Shown here piece by piece: positions 18,535-27,987 of a DNA stretch of 64,000 nucleotides. The stretch is from an uncultured virus (IMG/VR IMGVR_UViG_3300025133_000082). Lineage: Duplodnaviria; Heunggongvirae; Uroviricota; Caudoviricetes. The notes beneath the pieces were generated by a model. That model was not told the origin of the DNA and searched no databases. It saw only the letters and a program-made list of their open reading frames with translations. The number at the start of each line of letters is the position of its first letter. The first letter of the stretch is position 1. The position numbers and the translations under genes were made by a program. The stretch lies in IMG/VR virus record IMGVR_UViG_3300025133_000082. The stretch is one strand, 5' to 3'.

Positions 18535-19375
18535 TCCAATCCTCTTTCATGAAACAAGCGTGACAAGTAGCGCACTCTTTAGCTCGTTTACTCCGCACAG
18601 ATTTACAGTCACTGACCCTTGAGGGTATAAACCCCTTCTCTACAGAATTTATTGAGTATTCGATTTGTTCTAAAACATCTTTAATGATCGAGAAGTCCTT
18701 TTCTACAAAAAAGTCGAGTTCTTCTCCTGTATCCTTATTGACGTAGAGAATCAAACACCCTGTCACGTTCATCTCTTTCTCGATGTTATTTGGCGCGAAG
18801 GCATATAATTGCGCTTGAAGGACATGATAAGGTCTTGGTTCCTTCTTAGCCTTCATGAACCTAAAAGATTGATCGTTACTCGATTTTATCTCTAATAGAA
18901 CCCATTGGTTATCTACAAAGACCAAACCATCCGCGTAACCTGATATTCGATACTCAGGCCAAAGTATTCGAGGCTCTACATAAGACCACCCCTCCCCCTC
19001 AGGTTTGAACCCTTCGATCTTCGTCTCCTCCTTCTCCCAGAACCCATACAAACAACCTGAGTCTGCGAGGATCTTATCTTGATACATACTATGAATCGCA
19101 TGACCATGATGGAATATTCGGAGTAACTTATTCTCATGTGGCGCAGGTGGAGATAATCTCAGGCCCAAACTCTCTCTAAGCATAAAGAGCGCATAAGACC
19201 TTGGACAAACACCTGAGAAGGCAATTTTACTCGGATGGAACCGAGTCATTTTGTCCTCCCAAACAGAAGGGTCTTTTGAGGTTGATTCTTTGAGGAGAGA
19301 CTTCTCGATTGAAGGTAGAACAGAAGGTACTCCCCCTGCCCTATGGATACTCTTTATTACGTCAGTAAGACTCAT
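18524..19375 (-). CDS. Cas4-like PD-(D/E)xK exonuclease
   Basis: HPS...CPR, G..IH, SGYADG, LEIKS, Q.QLY and a C-terminal Cys cluster (Fe-S staple). Confidence 0.85.
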   Translation of the reverse strand: MSLTDVIKSIHRAGGVPSVLPSIEKSLLKESTSKDPSVWEDKMTRFHPSKIAFSGVCPRSYALFMLRESLGLRLSPPAPHENKLLRIFHHGHAIHSMYQDKILADSGCLYGFWEKEETKIEGFKPEGEGWSYVEPRILWPEYRISGYADGLVFVDNQWVLLEIKSSNDQSFRFMKAKKEPRPYHVLQAQLYAFAPNNIEKEMNVTGCLILYVNKDTGEELDFFVEKDFSIIKDVLEQIEYSINSVEKGFIPSRVSDCKSVRSKRAKECATCHACFMKEDWNEL

Positions 19376-19377
19376 TT

Positions 19378-19479
19378 TTACACCCCCCAGAAACCAAAAT
19401 CGTCATCATCGTCATCATCGTCATCATCAGGGTTTACATGATTCCAATCATCCCACCCTTCATAAGGCTCAATACTCAT
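19378..19479 (-). CDS. 33-aa poly-Asp/aromatic micropeptide (not in ORF track)
   Basis: ATGA overlap with the parB stop; MSIEPYEGWDDWNHVNPDDDDDDDDDDFGFWGV; ends 2 nt before the next ATG. Confidence 0.65.
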   Translation of the reverse strand: MSIEPYEGWDDWNHVNPDDDDDDDDDDFGFWGV

Positions 19480-20354
19480 TTTTTACCCCACGATCCTGTA
19501 GCCTCACATAAGGTGTTTAAGCCGTTTGTGAGTCCACTAAGGTCACTTAACCCAAGCCTCTCAAACTCACAAGAATTAATCGCGATTTGGAAGGAGAAAA
19601 AAGCCATCTCATCCTTTATGTAATTACCTCCAAGATCTAAAAGAGCAGATCTTACTGCTGAAGCAAGTACCTCTCCAGATTGTGAATCCTCTTCTTTCTT
19701 TGAGTTATCAACCTCTTCATCGTCTTCAGTCTCCCCACTCTCCTCCTCTTCTTCAACAAACTCATCTTCTCCAATCACCATCAAGCGATCAACCTCTCCC
19801 CTCAGATCTCGCGCTGTCATGCCCTCAATAGCATGATCAATTAAACGCTCAACGATGTCCTCTGGAGCATCATTTAAAGCTCTCGCTTGATTCACAGAGA
19901 TAGAATCGTCTTGGAGAGCGTCTTGGATCATAGGAACCATATCCAAAAGAGACAATCGTTGTGTGATCATCGTCTTTGAGAACCCAAGAGACTTTCTGAA
20001 GACCTCAAGGTCTTTGCCGAGATCAACAATTCTTCGTATAGCCACTGCCTCCTCTAAGGGTGTCAGGCTCTTACGACTTACATTCTCTTGGAGGTTGATA
20101 ATGAGGAGATCTGTCTCATCCCCCTCACATAGATTCACCTCAACCTCTGTCCATCCTAATTGTGAGATCGCGTTGAACCTCCTGAACCCATAAATCAATC
20201 CGTAATTACCATCTTCTTTTTGAGCCACTCCGAGAGGTTGATGTAATCCCGTCTCTGAGATACTTTCAAGAAGATCGTCTACGTTGAGATCTCTTCGGCA
20301 ATTTGTGATGAATGCTGTATCAATATCGGATAACTGTATTTTCTGTATATTCAC
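19476..20354 (-). CDS. parB: ParB/Spo0J-family protein (CTPase domain + HTH)
   Basis: R......L.ESI...GL.QP, LIYGFRRFNA, EN..R..L.P.EEA, HTH LGFSKTMITQRLSLL. Confidence 0.9.
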   Translation of the reverse strand: MNIQKIQLSDIDTAFITNCRRDLNVDDLLESISETGLHQPLGVAQKEDGNYGLIYGFRRFNAISQLGWTEVEVNLCEGDETDLLIINLQENVSRKSLTPLEEAVAIRRIVDLGKDLEVFRKSLGFSKTMITQRLSLLDMVPMIQDALQDDSISVNQARALNDAPEDIVERLIDHAIEGMTARDLRGEVDRLMVIGEDEFVEEEEESGETEDDEEVDNSKKEEDSQSGEVLASAVRSALLDLGGNYIKDEMAFFSFQIAINSCEFERLGLSDLSGLTNGLNTLCEATGSWGKK

Positions 20355-20409
20355 TTTTTTCCTGTCGTGTCATGGGGGGTGTAATGTTGACTTTTCAACA
20401 ACTTTTGTT

Positions 20410-20844
20410 TTAAAGGGTATCTAGATAAGTGTCAACGAGTTCTGTAAAAACATTTGCAGGAATTAAAACCCAATCCTTATCCATGTGTTCTTCTAAACCT
20501 TCCATAGTGATCGCCATTCCTGCCCATTTATTGTTTAGAGAAGCCTGTCTCTGAACTTCCATAAGAACATCAGGAGTAATCGTGAAGCGGTCTTTCTTGG
20601 TCAATTTGGCTTGCCATACGAATAGATTGTCCTGAAGGTCGCCCTTCTTAGAGATCTCAGGTCTTGCCCCAGAGTTTGGGGTCACCTTAGACCTCAAAAT
20701 CGACTGTAGACGCGCCTCGTGGTCAACACTCCTAGACTTGTTACACTTCGTCTCCTCTTCTGCGCCTGTTAAGAACAGAGGCACAGGTTTTTTTGAACCA
20801 AGACTCAAGATGAACCACCTAACCAAGAAACCTCCTTCTCCCAA
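20410..20844 (-). CDS. Holliday junction resolvase (Hjc-like); likely TTG start at 20808
   Basis: HE...PNSGA...KGD....WQAK.T nuclease pattern; downstream of recA. Confidence 0.7.
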   Translation of the reverse strand: MGEGGFLVRWFILSLGSKKPVPLFLTGAEEETKCNKSRSVDHEARLQSILRSKVTPNSGARPEISKKGDLQDNLFVWQAKLTKKDRFTITPDVLMEVQRQASLNNKWAGMAITMEGLEEHMDKDWVLIPANVFTELVDTYLDTL

Positions 20845-21920
20845 ATTTGAAAAGTTAAATGCTCTAACAATTCTTTATCCTGAAGGAGAGCTTTCCCTGC
20901 CTTCACCGCTCCCTGATACCGCGCCCCATCAGGGAACTCATACCAAGAACCCTTACGCTCAATTAATTTCCAATACTCTGCGACTGTGATCACTTGTTCC
21001 GCGATGTTAGAGGCTCCCGCTAGGTAATCCTCTGTCTCCCTAAAGAATAAAGAGAAGAGACATGACTTGTTAGGTGGTGCTGTTTTGTTCTTTAAGAACG
21101 TAACTTCCATCTCTTGTCCTAATGGTGCGCCACCAGAATCCTCTTCAATATAGGCTTTCCGCTTCACTTTACAGATGATCGAAGAAGCAAAGTCAATACC
21201 CTTACCTCCAGGACTCGTCTCAGGTGAACCGTAGAAAACACCTACTTTATGGCGTATCTGATTGATCAAGATTATTGTAGGAGGTCGATCTCTTGTGAGT
21301 CCTATTGAATTTTGGGCCGACACCCACTTCCTCATTGCTTTGTTCATGAGACGCGCATGAACCCCTACCTGCCACTTTTCTGAGGACTGTTCAATCTCTA
21401 CTGAGGGTGTTAATGAAGCCACAGAGTCTACCACGAGGAGATCACATTCTCCTGAACGTATAACGGCATCTGCTACGTCTATACCCTGTTCCGCAAACTC
21501 TGTCCGTATGACGTAAGTTTGGGCGTTTACCATGCCTAGTTTCTCTGCCCAATCGTTTTGATAAGAACCCTCACCATCAAACCAAACAACCCGCATAGAT
21601 TCTGGGTTATCACAGCATTCGATAGGTACACCGTCTTGGAGATGCTCTTGGAAGTCACACATCTCACCACCACAATTACGGCAGTATCGTTGGAATGCGC
21701 CACCTATACGATGAGCAAGTGCTGATTTACCTGATGAAAACTCCCCTTTAAGAGTCATTATCGTCCCAAGAGGTACTCCACCTCCCATTGCTAGATCAAA
21801 GGTGAGTATCCCTGTAGGAATCCTATGCCTTTTGGAGAGACGCGCACTCTCAGAGGCTTTAACAATCGACTCACCACCATACCTCTTATTAATGGTTTTT
21901 AAGAGATCATTTAGGCTCAT
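20805..21920 (-). CDS. recA: RecA-family recombinase with Cys-rich insertion
   Basis: IPTG...DLAMGGGVP, GEFSSGKS, VVDSVASL, ARLM.KA.RK, INQIR, ETSPGGKG, KNKTAPP. Confidence 0.95.
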   Translation of the reverse strand: MSLNDLLKTINKRYGGESIVKASESARLSKRHRIPTGILTFDLAMGGGVPLGTIMTLKGEFSSGKSALAHRIGGAFQRYCRNCGGEMCDFQEHLQDGVPIECCDNPESMRVVWFDGEGSYQNDWAEKLGMVNAQTYVIRTEFAEQGIDVADAVIRSGECDLLVVDSVASLTPSVEIEQSSEKWQVGVHARLMNKAMRKWVSAQNSIGLTRDRPPTIILINQIRHKVGVFYGSPETSPGGKGIDFASSIICKVKRKAYIEEDSGGAPLGQEMEVTFLKNKTAPPNKSCLFSLFFRETEDYLAGASNIAEQVITVAEYWKLIERKGSWYEFPDGARYQGAVKAGKALLQDKELLEHLTFQIWEKEVSWLGGSS

Positions 21921-22167
21921 TACGACTCGCTTTAATCTCAGAGATCTTGATGGTTAATTGTCTCTCAACCTCTGCCCAAGCTCTCTCAAACTCTTTGGGT
22001 ACATCCTCCATGAATACTGGTAATTCGATCCCTGCTTCAACTCTTGCAGACTCATAGTTACCCAAGTTAAGGGTCATACTCGCCCCTGCTTTTACGATTA
22101 CTTTTTCTTTAGTCATTGTCATCTTCCTTAAATTCTGATTCGGGAACCCCACCAATAAGAGTCCCAA
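21907..22167 (-). CDS. conserved small phage protein (start probably near 22122)
   Basis: TLNLGNYESARVEAG motif common in phage recombination operons. Confidence 0.7.
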   Translation of the reverse strand: MGLLLVGFPNQNLRKMTMTKEKVIVKAGASMTLNLGNYESARVEAGIELPVFMEDVPKEFERAWAEVERQLTIKISEIKASRNEPK

Positions 22168-22672
22168 AAGCGTAATTAATTTTTTCTGTGATCTCTGGCC
22201 TTATTCTCATTAAAAGATATTCTTTTTTTAATCTTCTTCTCTCTTGTTTAACGATAATTTTTAAGAGTCCAACTTCATACTCGGTATATAATCGATAATT
22301 CTTCTTCGATCTGTACTGTGGGAACGGAATGCGATCAAGGTGTACCCAAGATTTTATTTGGGTCTTTGGTATCCCTATGATTTTTGCCGTTTCTGGGAGT
22401 GTATACATCATACACACGCAGTACCGAGAATCGTCTTCAGGATGAATAATCTTCATCCTAACTCCTCTTGGTTTGTTACCATGTAACTTCTTGTACTCAT
22501 TCTCTTGATGCTTTTTTAAAGCCCTTCTTCTCTTACGGTCTTCTCGTCTCTTTTTCTTCTGTTCCTCTACCCATTCTGGATCTTTCTCATATCGGTTCCT
22601 TAAACGACCCAAGATCCTCTTCTTATTCTGTTTATAATACTCTCTCATGTACTCTGCTCGATGTACCATCAC
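22109..22672 (-). CDS. MerR-like HTH DNA-binding protein
   Basis: YTLPETAKIIGIP..QIKSW....IP.P.....YRLYTEYEV; basic N-terminal helix. Confidence 0.75.
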   Translation of the reverse strand: MMVHRAEYMREYYKQNKKRILGRLRNRYEKDPEWVEEQKKKRREDRKRRRALKKHQENEYKKLHGNKPRGVRMKIIHPEDDSRYCVCMMYTLPETAKIIGIPKTQIKSWVHLDRIPFPQYRSKKNYRLYTEYEVGLLKIIVKQERRRLKKEYLLMRIRPEITEKINYAFGTLIGGVPESEFKEDDND

Positions 22673-23004
22673 TTATTCTCCTTAACAGTCAATGTCTTAA
22701 TCTCATTAACTGTCGCGCACTTATCGAATAACGAAGGATCTAATCTCCCTGATGAGACTAAACTCTCCACTTTCTTTAAACATACTTTGTAATCGGCATA
22801 ATCTTCAGGCGAAAACCCTTGATGAGCTAATTCAAACTCTAACTGCTCCAAGTCATAGGTAACCCTAAGACGGGTAGAAATTTGCGCTCTTATTCCATCT
22901 TCTTCAGGAACCTCAGGTTCCAAGAGGATCTGATCTCTCAATTTGTTTTTTTGAGTGGTTAAATCTTTGATCTGATCTAAGATCTTTTTATATTCGGCAA
23001 TCAT
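22669..23004 (-). CDS. hypothetical phage protein
   Basis: 111 aa with coiled-coil N-terminus; AGGA upstream. Confidence 0.7.
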   Translation of the reverse strand: MIAEYKKILDQIKDLTTQKNKLRDQILLEPEVPEEDGIRAQISTRLRVTYDLEQLEFELAHQGFSPEDYADYKVCLKKVESLVSSGRLDPSLFDKCATVNEIKTLTVKENK

Positions 23005-23057
23005 GTCTCTGTCCTTATTTTTACGATTTAAAGTCTAATTATAACTTTGTTGAAAAG

Positions 23058-24320
23058 TCAAACATATTTATAAGAATGTCTCTCGTAGACCTTTCTTCTC
23101 GCCCACCAGTATGCTGTAAGTACCTCTATTCTTGAATCAACGATGTCTAGAACAATAGGAGACTTTTTATTTGGCGAATCCCTCAAGATTCTACCTACGG
23201 ATTGAGTAATAGAAGTCTTAGGAGTGGCTAAAATAAGAGTGTCTAACTCAGGGATGTCTAACCCCTCTTGAGCCATAGCGTATGTACCTACAATTACATC
23301 GGCCCTAGAAGAGATCACCCTAGCCTTTGAGGTCATTCCACCAATATATTTATCAACAGTAAAATCCTCGGTCACGAGTTCTTTGAGGAGACTAACCATC
23401 TCTTTTACATGAGCGACTCTTTCACTCAAGATTAAAATCTTTCTCCCTGTCTTTAAAGCCCTTAAACAATAAGTGACTATAAGATCAGTCCTCTCAGGAA
23501 CTTTCGACACCATAGTGACCAATTTTGAAGTATTAACCTCCCCATTCCAGAGCTTATAAGAGCGGGGCGCAAAATGAGTATCAGTATCAATCCTCCAGAT
23601 TGAAGGAACCCTAGTATGTCCTTCCATCTCATAGACAATCGGCCCTATGTGGAGGAAGATAATCTCCTGAAGACCATCTTTTCTTTCGGGGGTAGCGGTA
23701 AGTCCTATCCTAAACCTAGCAGGCATCTTTGAGATTGCTTCCTGCCACATCGGTGCGCCATATCGATGAGTCTCATCGCAGATGAGTGTCCCGAACATCC
23801 TATAGATTGAAGGGTCGTACTCCCTCTTAGGATTTACGAGACTCTGAACCATCCCGATCACAATATCTTCGTCTCCTGTAGGGATAATATCCCTCTGCCA
23901 CAAACCTACCTTTGCCTCTGGGAGAAACGTCTTAATGCGATCTACCCATTGGTCGACTAAGAAAGACTTGTGGACTAAAACTAAGGCCGTTCGATTTAAC
24001 CTCCTGATTATATCAAGACCCATCACCGTCTTACCCTTACCGCAGGGAGCATATAGAACCGCTCCCGTTCCTCTCTCTCTTAAATGATTCATAACGGCTT
24101 CTACAGCAGGCTTCTGTTCATCCCGTAGAGAGATGGGTGTAAATTCAGATAACTCCTCTCCAAGCGTCTCTAAAGGGTCTTTATGGGCAAACCCCTCATA
24201 GCCTCTCGGTACGAGTAACCCCTCTGAAGATTCCTTATAGAGAAGGTGGTCTTCTTCTTTCCTTAGAGTAAGACTCTCTAGGTCACTTAAAGACCAATCT
24301 TTCTTTAGACCCCACCCCAT
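23058..24320 (-). CDS. SF2 DNA helicase (UvsW/XPB-like)
   Basis: LRDEQ, APCGKGKT, DETH, GLTATPER.DG, EGLDIP.LD, QSVGRILR. Confidence 0.92.
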   Translation of the reverse strand: MGWGLKKDWSLSDLESLTLRKEEDHLLYKESSEGLLVPRGYEGFAHKDPLETLGEELSEFTPISLRDEQKPAVEAVMNHLRERGTGAVLYAPCGKGKTVMGLDIIRRLNRTALVLVHKSFLVDQWVDRIKTFLPEAKVGLWQRDIIPTGDEDIVIGMVQSLVNPKREYDPSIYRMFGTLICDETHRYGAPMWQEAISKMPARFRIGLTATPERKDGLQEIIFLHIGPIVYEMEGHTRVPSIWRIDTDTHFAPRSYKLWNGEVNTSKLVTMVSKVPERTDLIVTYCLRALKTGRKILILSERVAHVKEMVSLLKELVTEDFTVDKYIGGMTSKARVISSRADVIVGTYAMAQEGLDIPELDTLILATPKTSITQSVGRILRDSPNKKSPIVLDIVDSRIEVLTAYWWARRKVYERHSYKYV

Positions 24321-26149
24321 TATTTAGCCTCTGCCCATGAGTCACCTATCGCAGGCTCTGCTATTAAAGGAACCTTTAGAGTCACGCAATTCTCCATCTC
24401 ATATTGAAGAGTTTTTGCAATGTACTCAGCAATACTCTCCTTCGCTTCTACGACCACTTCATCATGAACCTGTCCAATGATCCGACAGTCTTCTACCGTA
24501 TACCCCTCACTCCTAACTCGCCTATGGAAGTTCCGCATACCGATCTTGATGATGTCACTAGCGGAACCCTGAACCTGAGTATTGATCGCTTGTCTCTCTG
24601 CTCCGTTACTCTCTCCCTTATCCTTAGAATTAATCTTTGGGAGAGGTCTTCTTCTCCCTGTGACCGTCCAAGTAAATCCCTTTCTCCTAACTCCTGCAAT
24701 AAGATGGTCTTGGAATTGAGCTACACCTGCATATTTTTCAAAATATCTATCAATATAATCTTGCGCTTCCTCCTGAGTCTTCTTTATTCGGTTCCCAAGA
24801 GTCTTCGCACCCATCTTGTAGATAAGACCAAAGTTTATCTCTTTAGCATTATAACGAGCGCAATTACAAGCATCTGCCGTCATCTGATGAATATCACCGT
24901 TATCTTTATAAATACCCATCATCACTGGGTCTTCACTTAGGTGTGCAGTGACCCTCAATTCTACCTGTGAGTAATCGGCAACAATCAATTTATACCCTTC
25001 CTCACAGATAAAGGCTCTTCTTAAAGCATCCCCTTCGGGTGTCCTAGATGATGGTATATTCTGCATATTAGGGTTAGAGGAGGACATTCTTCCTGTCCCT
25101 GTACCCCATTGATTAAATGACCCATGCACTCGTCCTTCATCATCAGCAAACAGGACTAACTTTGTACTGTAGGTAGATACCATCTTAGAGAACCTCCGAT
25201 AGTCTAATACCCACTCCGCGACCTCTCTCCCTCTATCAGTCGTACCCTCAATCTCTCCCTCTTTCCATTTTAAGAGATTGTCCTTAGCTGTCGAGTATTG
25301 CTTACTAGCACCCTTTTTAAGTCCAACAACACCCCAAATTCTCCCGCAGAGATTATTCGATAACCATTTACTTGAACTAATCAGCGCATCAGAACCAAAA
25401 ATAGACTTAAAATTATCCTCGATCTCCTTCGCCTTCGCTTCCATTACAATCCCAGCTTTTTTTATGTTTGATGTGTCAATCTTAAAGCCATAATGTTCCA
25501 TCTCTTCAACAATCCTCATAATAGGCATTTCTAACTCCTTAAAAACTTTAACATTTAAAGGGGTTAATTCAGGATATAAGACACCGACTAACTTTAAGAG
25601 ATAAACCGCGTCATCGATTGCATACTTCCCCATCATTCCGACAGGAACCTCACAGTTTTTAAAACTCTTAAACTGCTTAAAACTCCCCATCTCATGCCCT
25701 AAAATTCGTTTTACGAGACTCTTTAACCCATGCCCACCCTCGCGCTCTGGTTCTAATAACCATGAGACACAGAGGGTGTCTAAGACCTCGCAGGAGAAGT
25801 TCTCGACATCAAGTCCCTCATTCCTTAATACCTTCAGATCAAACTTAGCATTGTGAATCCAAATAGTGTTCCCAGAATCCATGAAGATTTGGTTCAGTAA
25901 ACTAAACGCCTCCTGCCGAGGAGCGTTCTTAGGAGCTACTGAGAATAAGTCATCCCCCTGTTCATGCGCTATCGGGACATACCATCCTCTATAACCCTCA
26001 TCAGTTTTCACACTCAAAGAGTAGCCGATGGCGCGTCTATTAAAAGACAAACCATCAGTCTCGGTATCAAAACTAAACTCGGTGAAATTCTTGAGGTATC
26101 GTTGTAATGATTCTAAATCAGACGACTCAGTTAAAATACCAGACTGCAT
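24320..26149 (-). CDS. polA: family A DNA polymerase with 3'-5' exonuclease
   Basis: FDTET, HNAKFD, YAIDDA; TGRMSSSNPNMQNIP; motifs A ADYSQVELR, B RYNAKEINFGLIY, C QVHDE. Confidence 0.97.
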   Translation of the reverse strand: MQSGILTESSDLESLQRYLKNFTEFSFDTETDGLSFNRRAIGYSLSVKTDEGYRGWYVPIAHEQGDDLFSVAPKNAPRQEAFSLLNQIFMDSGNTIWIHNAKFDLKVLRNEGLDVENFSCEVLDTLCVSWLLEPEREGGHGLKSLVKRILGHEMGSFKQFKSFKNCEVPVGMMGKYAIDDAVYLLKLVGVLYPELTPLNVKVFKELEMPIMRIVEEMEHYGFKIDTSNIKKAGIVMEAKAKEIEDNFKSIFGSDALISSSKWLSNNLCGRIWGVVGLKKGASKQYSTAKDNLLKWKEGEIEGTTDRGREVAEWVLDYRRFSKMVSTYSTKLVLFADDEGRVHGSFNQWGTGTGRMSSSNPNMQNIPSSRTPEGDALRRAFICEEGYKLIVADYSQVELRVTAHLSEDPVMMGIYKDNGDIHQMTADACNCARYNAKEINFGLIYKMGAKTLGNRIKKTQEEAQDYIDRYFEKYAGVAQFQDHLIAGVRRKGFTWTVTGRRRPLPKINSKDKGESNGAERQAINTQVQGSASDIIKIGMRNFHRRVRSEGYTVEDCRIIGQVHDEVVVEAKESIAEYIAKTLQYEMENCVTLKVPLIAEPAIGDSWAEAK

Positions 26150-26190
26150 ATGCTCTCCATTATTGCCCCTAAAGGCGAGTTATTCTTCTA

Positions 26191-26973
26191 TTAAAATGGT
26201 ATTTTTCCATCATTAGGATTTTGGTTCTTACTGTTAAAATAAGAGTCGCCCTGTGAAGGAGACGAACCATTGTTACTCCAAGAAGATTGCGAAGAATTAT
26301 TCTCTCCTTTATCACTCCAAGAGGAGGTTTCTTTCGGGGTATTACCCCCACCCCAACTACTATTATCTGTAGCGGGATTGAATACTGCCTCTAATTCTAC
26401 TCTCGTCTTCGGCTTTAAGACCTCAAGGTAATTAAAAGGAACCTCTTCTGGCTCTGAATGATCTAGGTACTCAAGCATCGAACCCACTGCGGGAGACTTG
26501 TCCCCCATACGACTCACATTAAACACTCGCCCTCTTAGTGAACCATGTCGACTCATTAACTTTTCAATTTGCTTGTAGATGGGTGCAGATCGCTTAACCA
26601 CGAACAATTTCAATTCATCTTTGTGTTGGGTTCCCTTTTTATCTGTCCATTCGCTGTGGTCGATGATTGTGAAAACAGCTACTCTGGAAGCTCGATAACC
26701 CATCTCTTTCAAGAGGTCGTCTTCAGGTTTGAAAGGTCTTGTGAACCAATTTCTCCAATGACCGTTCAAGTTCAATTGATACTCCTCAATGAAGAGTGGA
26801 GAAGTAATCTTCGTATCACCGCACATCACAGTCGTATCATCTACGAACGTGATTGTTTTCTCTGAATCCTTTGGCATCCAAAACCGATTCACATAATTCT
26901 TCTTTGGTCGTTGGGCCTCAAAACCCTCATCGTTATTAAACCAAGTCATATTTGCTCCTTTATGGCATTTCAA
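26191..26973 (-). CDS. single-stranded DNA-binding protein (gp32-like); start probably 26949
   Basis: Lies between primase and polymerase; aromatic core and low-complexity tail ending in IPF like SSB C-termini. Confidence 0.7.
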   Translation of the reverse strand: MKCHKGANMTWFNNDEGFEAQRPKKNYVNRFWMPKDSEKTITFVDDTTVMCGDTKITSPLFIEEYQLNLNGHWRNWFTRPFKPEDDLLKEMGYRASRVAVFTIIDHSEWTDKKGTQHKDELKLFVVKRSAPIYKQIEKLMSRHGSLRGRVFNVSRMGDKSPAVGSMLEYLDHSEPEEVPFNYLEVLKPKTRVELEAVFNPATDNSSWGGGNTPKETSSWSDKGENNSSQSSWSNNGSSPSQGDSYFNSKNQNPNDGKIPF

Positions 26974-27030
26974 TGTTGGTAGGTTATGTTTAACATTTTA
27001 TTTACAATAAGAAAAGTGTTTTTTAACTAT

Positions 27031-27987
27031 TCATAAAAACCTTGAGTTCTCAAGTGTATAGAGGATCTCTTCTGTAGAACATTCCCCAAAGTCTTTTTTA
27101 TTGACCTCCTTTATAGAACCAACCTTTGTCATGACATGAGGTGAGATAAGTTCCTTCGCTAAGGATGCTCCGCGCTCACCTGCTTCATCATTATCAAAAC
27201 AAAGAATAACTTCAGTAGAGAATTTTAAAATTAACTCCGTTTGTTCAGAGGTGATGGAAGCACCAAGTATCGAGACTACACCGTATTGATTATCTTTCCC
27301 CTGAACTTGGAGAGCCTGCTCTGTAATAACCGCATCGAGTACGCCCTCAACTACAATTATTTTTCTCTGCGTATTTATTAAATGCGCTCCTAAAACCTGC
27401 TTCCCTTTCTTCATCTCCCAGTAGTTCAAATACTTTGGGTGCGCCCCGTTTATACTACGACCAACACACCCCCATAACCGCCCTTGATAATCTCTAACAG
27501 GGAATACGGCCCTCTTGCGATCTTTATCGAACCCCAAGCCCCACCTCTTCGCTGTCTCAATAGAGACTCCCCTCTTCATTAAGTACCTTGGAATATGACC
27601 ACTAAACGGAGCGAAGAGGGATTCATCGAAGGGTTTCAATTTCTTCTTCTTCTTTGCTAAATAACTCATACCGTTTAACCCCTCCATGATCTCCTCTGAT
27701 TCCATCAGGAGACAAGCATCTACAGCGGGTGACCAATAGGGGTCATGGTGAGCGAGTCGCTTATAAAGAAAGCTCAATTTTCTAGCCTTAAACCCACAAG
27801 TGAAACAATTCACCAATACACTTGTATCGGTTATCTTGATACCCATCGAAGGTCTTGAGTCTTTATTTGATGAATGAAGAGGGGAATAAGGTGCAAGGGG
27901 GCAACCAATACCGATGTTTGATTCACCTCTCCTCATCTTAAAGCCTGAGATCCGTAGTATCTCCTCTACCTTTTCTTCTTTAGTCAT
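27031..27987 (-). CDS. DNA primase (zinc finger + TOPRIM)
   Basis: CP....H...D..PS...CFTC; KYLN; VVEGVLD; FDNDEAG. Confidence 0.93.
   Translation of the reverse strand: MTKEEKVEEILRISGFKMRRGESNIGIGCPLAPYSPLHSSNKDSRPSMGIKITDTSVLVNCFTCGFKARKLSFLYKRLAHHDPYWSPAVDACLLMESEEIMEGLNGMSYLAKKKKKLKPFDESLFAPFSGHIPRYLMKRGVSIETAKRWGLGFDKDRKRAVFPVRDYQGRLWGCVGRSINGAHPKYLNYWEMKKGKQVLGAHLINTQRKIIVVEGVLDAVITEQALQVQGKDNQYGVVSILGASITSEQTELILKFSTEVILCFDNDEAGERGASLAKELISPHVMTKVGSIKEVNKKDFGECSTEEILYTLENSRFL

Noticed and set aside
18524..19375. CRISPR-Cas locus around the Cas4-like gene
   Set aside because: No cas1, cas2 or array; solo Cas4-like exonucleases are common in phage recombination operons.
21595..21690. 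Intein in RecA
   Set aside because: About 30 aa only, with no HN-C/S/T splice junction.
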